Assembly: GCF_000148385.1 (NCBI RefSeq)
Contig: NC_014537.1
Span: forward strand, 390,001 to 422,000
Source of the DNA: Vulcanisaeta distributa DSM 14429
Lineage (GTDB): Archaea; Thermoproteota; Thermoprotei; Thermoproteales; Thermocladiaceae
Reading direction: 5' to 3'
Length of the DNA: 32,000 nucleotides
Every line of letters starts with the position of its first letter. Positions within the stretch are counted from its first letter, which is position 1. Under the pieces are notes generated by a model, which was given only the letters and a program-made list of their open reading frames with translations, ran no database searches and was not told the origin of the DNA. The translations under genes were made by a program, and so were the position numbers. Shown here piece by piece: positions 25,272-32,000 of this stretch.

Positions 25272-26348
25272 TTAGTAATCCATTCGTAAGTACCTCTTAA
25301 TTAGCTTATCGTAATCAACCTCCCTAAGTATTGGGTCAGCAAGCCTATACTCACCCTCCCTGACCTTCACAACGAAGTTATAGTTAATTAAGGCATTCAA
25401 TGCGTTCAGGAGTTCCCTATCTCCGAATTCCCTACCAAGCCTCGTCGTCACGGCGAACTTTATATCCTTCCACCTATTCACGACTCTCAATGCGGAAAGT
25501 ATGGCTAGGTAGAGAGCCTTGTTAGCCTTGTCCTCGAGGAAGTGCTCAATCTCATTAACCATGATCTTAACCCCCTCATTAATCGTCTCCCTCAATGCCT
25601 CATCAACGTCTAAGCCCCTAACACCGTGATAATTACCAAATAATGTTAGCCAACCAACAACACCATCAAGCCTGTCAATGACGGTATCGAATGCGTTAAA
25701 TTGAATGCCCAATTCCCTGAAACCCCTCTTAAGGAATTCCCTGGATAATTCGTCATTAAACGGCTTTAGCTTAACCTCGACGGGTGGCCTGCCGTATAAT
25801 GGGGACTCGGGGTTTGGCTTGAGTAGTGTCTTTACGAGACCTACGTAGGATCCCGTGAATATGAATGAGACCCTTGGATTGCTCATGAATACGTTGCCGA
25901 GTATCCTCAAGAATTGACCAGTAACCCTACTTAACTCCTGAACCTCATCAAGCCCAATAACCGTATTCTCATCAATAGATAGTAAGAGCTCAAGCAGGCT
26001 ATTGAACACCCTGGAACCCCTGCTCAGGGTTATCCCTGCTGAACCGACTATGAAGTTTAGAGAGACGTTGAGCCTAAGCCTTAAGCGTGTCCTATTAACC
26101 TCATTAACTAGTATCGTTAATAAATCCCTAAGCGTTGTAACACCCCTGGCATTAATATAGATAGCCCTAAATCCCTCCCTAGATAATTCATTTAACACAA
26201 CCTTCATTAGGCTGGTTTTACCGATACCACGCTGACCGCCGATGACGACCCAATTACCAGCCCTAACTTGCCTCTTAACATACTCAACCTCCTCATCCCT
26301 ACCAAAGAGCTCATCTCTAGACTCCTTCGGGTGTAAATCAAAGAGCAT
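25272..26348 (-). CDS. Archaeal AAA+ ATPase (Arch_ATPase/COG1672 with a DUF234-like C-terminus), second paralog
   Basis: Walker A is GGQRGIGKTSLM and Walker B is VIGLDEVQEL. I place the start at ATG 26348 (MLFDLHPKESRDELFGRDEE) by alignment with the paralog's N-terminus MLFDLEPKSRREDLY. A TATA box upstream at the expected spacing supports this. The track ORF extends to 26564. Confidence 0.85.
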   Translation of the reverse strand: MLFDLHPKESRDELFGRDEEVEYVKRQVRAGNWVVIGGQRGIGKTSLMKVVLNELSREGFRAIYINARGVTTLRDLLTILVNEVNRTRLRLRLNVSLNFIVGSAGITLSRGSRVFNSLLELLLSIDENTVIGLDEVQELSRVTGQFLRILGNVFMSNPRVSFIFTGSYVGLVKTLLKPNPESPLYGRPPVEVKLKPFNDELSREFLKRGFRELGIQFNAFDTVIDRLDGVVGWLTLFGNYHGVRGLDVDEALRETINEGVKIMVNEIEHFLEDKANKALYLAILSALRVVNRWKDIKFAVTTRLGREFGDRELLNALNALINYNFVVKVREGEYRLADPILREVDYDKLIKRYLRMDY

Positions 26349-26380
26349 AGCAGACTCTGCAGTAACTGAAGACCCAGCAG

Positions 26381-26388
26381 TTATAAAG
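26381..26388 (-). promoter_or_regulatory. TATA box for the ATPase gene
   Basis: The minus strand reads CTTTATAA, 33-40 nt upstream of ATG 26348. This is consistent with a short 5' leader and supports the shorter gene model. Confidence 0.45.
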
Positions 26389-26558
26389 GCATCCCGAGAG
26401 ATAGTAACCAGCCCTTTAACCGAGTCTTCAGCCAATGAATAACTAACCATACTTACAGACGGAGAGGGTAAAACGTGAAATTGAGGATGGTAGGGTGTCG
26501 TAAATCCACGTGTTGTACCCGTGGGATTAATTTTTAAGTGGGCCAATGATTCACTAAT

Positions 26559-27164
26559 GTGCATCGTTGGGTTTACGCGATTGATGCATCGATTAAGCTC
26601 TTCATTAGGGATATCAATTCATTTAGGTTGTTAATTATTAACGCGGCGATACCCATAACCATATTGACAACGTATGAATTGCTAATGAACATACTTAACA
26701 CATACGTGGACTCATTAACCACTACCGTAGCTCCATACTCAAAGTCTATAATTAATAATGCGGTTTACTTCATAAACTCCATAACGTACTTAGTAGTTGC
26801 TGCCCTTGTCATAATCTTTTTCGTAACATCGGCATTCATGGTCAATGGCATAGTGAGGAATTTGAGGGATGACTTTAGGGCCATGATCAGCATCTTTAGG
26901 TCGGGTGTGGGGGTCATAATGCATATCGCATTAATAATGCTCCTTATATCCCTATACTCATTTACGCTAGGGATCTCAATATCGGCTGCCCTGGTTCTGG
27001 TGTTAATGAAAATCCTGACAACGCTGGGCATAATACCAATTACTAACTATGGCGTTGACATAACAGGCGTATTACCGGTGATGCTACCCCTGGCCTGCGT
27101 CATATGTGTTACATACATCATTGAGGGCATCATATGGGTGCGGAGGTATGCCTATCTACCCTAG
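26559..27164 (+). CDS. Small 4-TM membrane protein, minimal FtsX-like permease (inference)
   Basis: The gene has a GTG start, with TATA-like aatttttaag about 25 nt upstream. The topology is TM1, a loop of about 30 aa, TM2, a cytoplasmic loop NGIVRNLRDDFRAMISIFRSGVG that resembles the FtsX R-x-x-E-hydrophobic-x-x-x-x-G loop, then TM3 and TM4. The gene overlaps the next gene. Confidence 0.5.
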   Translation: MHRWVYAIDASIKLFIRDINSFRLLIINAAIPITILTTYELLMNILNTYVDSLTTTVAPYSKSIINNAVYFINSITYLVVAALVIIFFVTSAFMVNGIVRNLRDDFRAMISIFRSGVGVIMHIALIMLLISLYSFTLGISISAALVLVLMKILTTLGIIPITNYGVDITGVLPVMLPLACVICVTYIIEGIIWVRRYAYLP

Positions 27165-28725
27165 GGGCCTTGCCGTGATTGCGCTGTCCGTATACCTCGC
27201 GTCCATAGCCCTTGGCCTAGTCATATCCACAATGCTGGCGGTATACTACTTACCGCAACTATTCCTCCTCAACATCGGTAATGTCACGATTAAGAAGGGA
27301 GAGTCAATGTCCATATTCACGAGTTGGGTACCAATAAACCTTGCCTACTCCCTCAGGGATATGGGCTTTATGGCTATTCCCGAGGTCATAATGCCCTCCG
27401 TCGTGAATAGAACCCCAGTGATTGTTAGGGGTATTGTACCAAGCTACATTAATTACTACGGGGTCAATGCGACGGCCCAGGAATTAAATGAGGGTGCCTT
27501 AGTTGGTTATGAATTGGCTAGGGAGCTACATGTTAGGGTTGGTGATGAGTTGGTGATCACGTCCTTTAAGGGCATTACCAATAACTTGACGGTTGCGGGG
27601 ATCATAAAGTCAATTAAATACCCGCAGCTTAATTATGAAGTCGTAATAAATCTGACCACGGCGCAGCATTTAGATTCGTTGCCGTCGTCCGTGGTTAATG
27701 TAATATACGTTAATGCGAGTTATGGATTGATAAGTAGGGTTAATGGTATGTATGGGTTGAGGATAATAACCCACATACTTAATGGTTCACTCGCCGTATT
27801 AAACTCGATGAATCACACGGTATTTAATGGCCCCCTCACTAATATGACATTGACATTACCATTTGGTGTGTATTACGTGGTCGCATATAATAGATCCTTA
27901 ATTATTTGGTTCTCGACGGTGATTCTCGAGAGCAACAAGACCATAGAGTTGATGAAAATGCCCGTTCCAAGGATGGTTAGCTCATACCCAGTATCGCCTA
28001 GTGAGTGGGTCATTGTGAGGTGGCCCAATGGGTCTTTAGTGAGTAGTTACTACCTACTGATTTATTACATGAATGGCTCGCTGGCATACTCAACCGTTGG
28101 GGGCGGTGTTACGCCAATATCCGTGCCTGGCGGTATGTACAGGATCGACGTGGTCATGGGCAATACCTATTATTCTGTGAGTGAGTACGTGGTGCCCGGG
28201 TCCAATGTGACTGTCGTGCTCACGCCATACTCGATACTCGTGGGTGAATTAATGACCCACGCATATAATTACTTCACGTCTGTCCTACCACTAAGTAGTG
28301 CCTCAGGGCCTGCTGCGTTGATTAGTGCCTTGAGGGTTGGGATTGGCACATTCATTGGTGTGATAATGGGCTTATTGGTTATCGTGTCGATAGGCCTCAT
28401 AGGCATTGTTAATTACTCGGTTGAGGTCAATAGGGAGTTGATTATGTACTTGAGATTGAATCATGCAGGTAAATTGAGCATCATGCTCATGGTCGACGCG
28501 CCCCTGGTAATGATGTACCCGGCCTTCACGGCATTGGGGTTATTAACCGCGAATTACCTGTGGCGGCCCATGGTCGGCGCAATGGGCTTAAGCCTAATGG
28601 GTCAACCAATATACCTGATAGTGGTGAGTAATTACTACCCATACATCGCAGCCTTCATCATAGTCTCGGCACTATTAATAATTATGCACCTAATAACTAG
28701 GTTGAGGGTGGTGGGGGTTGAGTGA
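27106..28725 (+). CDS. FtsX/MacB-like ABC permease with a very large extracytoplasmic domain
   Basis: After TM1, the sequence VIVRGIVPSYINYYGV...GALVGYELARELHVRVGDELVITSF is a MacB-type periplasmic core. An insert of about 200 aa follows, containing two beta-sandwich-like segments. The C-terminal FtsX domain has the loop EVNRELIMYLRLNHAGKLSI and three TM helices. There are about 14 N-x-S/T sequons. An alternative start is ATG 27148. Confidence 0.7.
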   Translation: MLHTSLRASYGCGGMPIYPRGLAVIALSVYLASIALGLVISTMLAVYYLPQLFLLNIGNVTIKKGESMSIFTSWVPINLAYSLRDMGFMAIPEVIMPSVVNRTPVIVRGIVPSYINYYGVNATAQELNEGALVGYELARELHVRVGDELVITSFKGITNNLTVAGIIKSIKYPQLNYEVVINLTTAQHLDSLPSSVVNVIYVNASYGLISRVNGMYGLRIITHILNGSLAVLNSMNHTVFNGPLTNMTLTLPFGVYYVVAYNRSLIIWFSTVILESNKTIELMKMPVPRMVSSYPVSPSEWVIVRWPNGSLVSSYYLLIYYMNGSLAYSTVGGGVTPISVPGGMYRIDVVMGNTYYSVSEYVVPGSNVTVVLTPYSILVGELMTHAYNYFTSVLPLSSASGPAALISALRVGIGTFIGVIMGLLVIVSIGLIGIVNYSVEVNRELIMYLRLNHAGKLSIMLMVDAPLVMMYPAFTALGLLTANYLWRPMVGAMGLSLMGQPIYLIVVSNYYPYIAAFIIVSALLIIMHLITRLRVVGVE

Positions 28726-29377
28726 TGTAGGTATTAACGTGATTAATGTCTCGAAGTCCTTCGGAAATCACGCAGTGCTTAGGAATGTAAGTATTGAAGC
28801 ACTGCCGAACTCAATAACCTGCGTGGCTGGGCCCAGCGGTAGTGGTAAGTCAACGTTACTGAGGATAGTGGCTGGCTACCTAAGGCCTGACTCGGGTAGG
28901 GTCTTGATAAATGGTGTCGATTTGTACGCTGACTCGAGGGCCCGTGAAATCATTAACATGATATCCTACGTGCCCCAGGACGACTTATTAATAAGCGGGC
29001 TGACAATTAGGGAGAACCTTAGGCTTGCCCTTAGGGTTCAGGGGCTTGGTAATAGGGTTATTGAGGAGAGAATTAGGTGGGTAAGTGGGTTATTGGGTAT
29101 TGAGCACATACTCAACAAAAGGCCTGGGCAAATCAGCGGTGGTGAGAGGAGGAGAGCTTCAATAGCGGTTGCCCTCGCCAGGGATCACGAGTTCCTCATT
29201 ATGGATGAGCCAACGAATAGCCTTGATAGGGCCAACGTTGACCTACTAATGAGGATTCTCAGGGAGGAGGCTGGCCTTGGTAGGGTTGTTCTTGTGGCGA
29301 CGCACGACCAATACCTAATTAGGAACTCTGACAGGCTCTATATGATCAGGGCTGGTGAATTAACGATAGAGCCCTAG
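28718..29377 (+). CDS. ABC transporter ATP-binding protein (MacB/LolD-like)
   Basis: Walker A is GPSGSGKSTLL, the Q-loop is YVPQD, the signature is QISGGERRR, Walker B is FLIMDEPTNSLD and the H-loop is VATHD. The TTG start overlaps the permease stop. Confidence 0.9.
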   Translation: MSDVGINVINVSKSFGNHAVLRNVSIEALPNSITCVAGPSGSGKSTLLRIVAGYLRPDSGRVLINGVDLYADSRAREIINMISYVPQDDLLISGLTIRENLRLALRVQGLGNRVIEERIRWVSGLLGIEHILNKRPGQISGGERRRASIAVALARDHEFLIMDEPTNSLDRANVDLLMRILREEAGLGRVVLVATHDQYLIRNSDRLYMIRAGELTIEP

Positions 29378-30984
29378 GGCGTTTCCCAAAGCCATAGGGT
29401 TCTGCTTGAGTACACCAAGTCATTACTCATTAAAATATTGAGTAAGTAATGCTTAGGTATACTGACCATGCTATAGCCCGAACCGTATAGGAAGCCAACC
29501 CTTAAGTTCCTCTCAGTAAGCAGGAGTAGGCCTTGTGGTGCCTCGCCATGGATTAGGTATGTGGTTGGGTCTGAGGTGTTAATCCCCGTCATGAACATGA
29601 TCATCGACTCATAACTAATTGATGAGTATAGCGTGGAGTTCCTCGGTATTAAGCCATTTATGGCGTTAAACTCCTCATAATCAATTAACCTATAAACAGT
29701 GAGGGTTGACGAGGTTGGCAGTGAGTACGTGTATAGGGTTAATACGGCGAATATGGGTAGTGAGATCATTAGAGCTGCAGTGAGTACATAGGCTAAGGCC
29801 TTAACAGGTAACCTGTGCCTCACGGCTGAGGTAATCATTAACGCGGTTGGTATTAGTAGGAAGGGCATAACGAAGTCCAGGGACTTGGAGAGGAAGAGCA
29901 GTTCCAGTGGGTTGTTGCCCATGAGTAGGACGTAGAGTAATATGGCGAGTGATAATACCGTGGTAATGGCAACTACGGGCCTCTCGAACCCATACAGCGC
30001 GAGGTATAGTACGGCTATGAGAATCGGCAATACGTAGGGTGTCGATGATAGGACCACGGCCCTATTAAACCCCTCCAGTACATAGGGTAGGAATTTACCT
30101 GTTGAGAACATGGATATTAACATAAGGGCGAGGATTGCCAGTGTGGCGTAAATCAATATTCGTGACCCCCTACGCATCGTTACGTAATCGATTAGGAGGA
30201 TGGCTATGAGGATTGGTGTTGAGATTAGGCCTGGCGTTACGAATGTAGTGACTGTATACGCCCTGAGGTAGTCCACGTACCAGTAATAGGTGAGTAGGCC
30301 CAGGGCTATTACCGTAATTGCCACGTAAAGCGCATGCCAGGCATTATTACCGCTTAGGTAGTTACTCATCAGCACCGTTATTGTCATTATGAAGGAATAC
30401 GCCAGGGCCATTAACAATGTGAAGTGGTGGGCGAAGAGTATGGCTATGAAGGTCAAGACCATAACTAACAGGTTCTGCCTGAGGTGCTTCCTATCTATTA
30501 ATGCCATGTACGTGGTCAGCATGTAGGCGTAGAATGGGTATTGAGCCGCGGTCTCCTTCATTACTGATGAATCAACAAGGAGCTTAACACTTAGTACTGC
30601 GAATAGTAAGCCAGTGATCAGGGTTGCCATGTCACTTCCCGTAAGCCTTCTCACGAGTAGTATGAAGGGTATTATTGATAGGGATGCAAGAATGTTCACG
30701 ACATAGAACGACTGTATAGGCCCTAAGCCAAGCACAGACTGTGATAGGGCGAGCAGTAGGTTTACAGTGGGCCACTTATAATTGTAGCTGACCATTGATG
30801 GGTTTGGTGATGGACCGAAGAGATAGCCAGTCCTCAGTAGGGTTTCTGAGTGGGCTATGTGGGTCCAGGAGTCGGGTATGTACGGTAGGCCGTTGATCAC
30901 GTAATTGAGTAGTATTAATGATGCGAGTATTACAAGTGGTGCAGCTGTGGACGCGGTCTTAATTACTTCTCTATCTTTCTCCAT
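29374..30984 (-). CDS. Large polytopic membrane protein, GT-C-like (putative lipid-linked-sugar glycosyltransferase or polymerase)
   Basis: The 536-aa product has about 12-13 TM helices. An Asp-containing first external loop (PYIPDSWTH) is present, and a soluble C-terminal domain of about 110 aa. There is no WWDYG motif, so it is not AglB. The start overlaps the GT2 gene's end by 22 nt. Confidence 0.55.
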   Translation of the reverse strand: MEKDREVIKTASTAAPLVILASLILLNYVINGLPYIPDSWTHIAHSETLLRTGYLFGPSPNPSMVSYNYKWPTVNLLLALSQSVLGLGPIQSFYVVNILASLSIIPFILLVRRLTGSDMATLITGLLFAVLSVKLLVDSSVMKETAAQYPFYAYMLTTYMALIDRKHLRQNLLVMVLTFIAILFAHHFTLLMALAYSFIMTITVLMSNYLSGNNAWHALYVAITVIALGLLTYYWYVDYLRAYTVTTFVTPGLISTPILIAILLIDYVTMRRGSRILIYATLAILALMLISMFSTGKFLPYVLEGFNRAVVLSSTPYVLPILIAVLYLALYGFERPVVAITTVLSLAILLYVLLMGNNPLELLFLSKSLDFVMPFLLIPTALMITSAVRHRLPVKALAYVLTAALMISLPIFAVLTLYTYSLPTSSTLTVYRLIDYEEFNAINGLIPRNSTLYSSISYESMIMFMTGINTSDPTTYLIHGEAPQGLLLLTERNLRVGFLYGSGYSMVSIPKHYLLNILMSNDLVYSSRTLWLWETP

Positions 30985-31994
30985 ACCAACTCCTTATTCC
31001 ATAGGTTTCTAATTGCGGCCACCACGAGTATTACCTGGGTCATCACCCAGGTCCGGAAGAACTTATTGGCAAGTAGGGCGGCTCCAATCAGTAGTAATGC
31101 AATGGGTATTAAGGCGCCGTGTATTGCGGATAGGACTATGAATATGAGACCCACCATGAAAAGCCAGGGATTAATCAAGTGTAGGTATGATTCATAGAGC
31201 ATTATTTGCCTGTAATCCCTGGGTGGATCCTTACCCTCAATTAGCATGTACCTCAGGAACCTCAGGAAGTGCTGGATCAGGTGCTGAGCCCTCCTTACCC
31301 TCCACATCCAGTAGCCCTTACTTGGCACATACTCAATGCACTTAACATCCTCGGGGATAATCGCCCTATAGCCCATAATCGATATTAAGCCGGCCGTGTG
31401 GCTATCATCTGCGCCAAGGTCCGTGGGGAAACCACCCACTCTCTCAAGTAAATCCCTCCTGAACGCAGCCAACTCCCCGTGGAATATGGCAGACGAGAAC
31501 TTCCTACTCTCAGCAAGCCTAAGCAGGCCGTAGTAATTCCTATACTCGGCCTCAATGCCCTTGTCCGTCCTCGGTATCTTATTGCAGGAGACAGCGCCAA
31601 CGTCTTTATTCATTAACCAGGCAATGGCATTTCTAAGAGAGTCCTTTAACCAGGCTGAGTCAGCGTCGGTGACCACTATAATGTCCCCCTTAGTATTCCT
31701 CAATGCCGTGTTCAACGCATGCATTTTCCCCCTTCGAACACCCTCCTCAATAACTCTAACATTAACGTCTCCATGACCCTTAACCCACTCACGGACTAAC
31801 TCTATGGTTCCATCGGTACTGCCGGAATCAACGATTATGACCTCAAACCTATCCCTTGGGTAATCCTGCATGTAGATATTATTCAATTTCTGAGTTATTA
31901 CCTTAGCCTCATTGTACGTAGGTATTATTATCGACACAAATGGCGGGTCAGCATCGAGCACATTATCACTGCCCACCCCATTACCAAGCCTCAA
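30963..31994 (-). CDS. Family 2 glycosyltransferase with C-terminal TM helices
   Basis: The GT-A core reads VSIIIPTYNEAKVI...FEVIIVDSGSTDGT...IIVVTDADS. The motif WRVRRAQH sits at the position of the QRxRW motif. Three to four C-terminal TM helices follow. The listed start is TTG at 31994, but the frame stays open to the window edge, so the true start is uncertain. Confidence 0.85.
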   Translation of the reverse strand: MRLGNGVGSDNVLDADPPFVSIIIPTYNEAKVITQKLNNIYMQDYPRDRFEVIIVDSGSTDGTIELVREWVKGHGDVNVRVIEEGVRRGKMHALNTALRNTKGDIIVVTDADSAWLKDSLRNAIAWLMNKDVGAVSCNKIPRTDKGIEAEYRNYYGLLRLAESRKFSSAIFHGELAAFRRDLLERVGGFPTDLGADDSHTAGLISIMGYRAIIPEDVKCIEYVPSKGYWMWRVRRAQHLIQHFLRFLRYMLIEGKDPPRDYRQIMLYESYLHLINPWLFMVGLIFIVLSAIHGALIPIALLLIGAALLANKFFRTWVMTQVILVVAAIRNLWNKELVWRKIEK

Positions 31995-32000
31995 CCAACT

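Noticed and set aside
26349-26564. A 72-codon N-terminal extension of the second ATPase ORF (MHISESLAHL...).
   Set aside because: The paralog at 1920..3011 begins exactly at the homologous MLFDL. A CTTTATAA TATA box (26381-26388) lies inside the extension at the proper distance from ATG 26348. The extension has no motif content.
1-32000. A search for tRNA, rRNA, a CRISPR array, a transposase or integrase, and inteins.
   Set aside because: No cloverleaf-compatible segments with T-loop consensus were seen in the spacers. There are no long regular repeats, no DDE or tyrosine-recombinase-like ORFs, and no intein-like insertions in the conserved genes. Absence is judged by eye only.

Overview
This is a dense window (about 90% coding, roughly 37 genes on both strands) from what looks like a hyperthermophilic crenarchaeon. 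By inference it is Thermoproteales, close to Vulcanisaeta or Caldivirga. The supporting signs are a PaREP1 gene, the spt4-rps24e pair, archease, Tsr3, C/D-box sRNA candidates, TATA boxes 25-30 nt upstream of starts (leaderless-type spacing), and frequent 4-nt start/stop overlaps.

Gene content, in order:
- A surface protein plus an FtsX-type ABC permease, followed by a COG1672/DUF234 archaeal ATPase.
- A tandem AbrB-like regulator flanked by large spacers.
- coaBC and an MFS transporter.
- A fixC-fixX-etfB-etfA (Fix/EtfABCX) cluster, divergent from a tightly coupled pair of radical-SAM genes (a SPASM type with a 135-aa N-terminal extension, then a B12-binding type).
- A 222-aa orphan gene.
- rps24e, spt4, an HhH-GPD glycosylase and tsr3.
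- A molybdenum hydroxylase whose FAD and 2Fe-2S subunits are fused.
- PaREP1.
- A membrane/GT4 envelope cluster.
- An RHH antitoxin with a decayed vapC.
- Archease and a second COG1672 ATPase.
- A second, unusual FtsX-type ABC module.
- A GT-C-like membrane protein coupled to a GT2.

I found no rRNA, tRNA, CRISPR array, transposase or integrase.

The most interesting leads are:
- the radical-SAM pair and its shared control region with Fix/EtfABCX;
- the heteromeric FtsX module with a giant, sequon-rich ectodomain;
- the recurrence of COG1672 ATPases beside FtsX modules;
- two C/D-box sRNA candidates;
- the vapC remnant;
- the operator-like repeats around the AbrB-like gene.

All functional calls come from motif recognition by eye. 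No database search was run.
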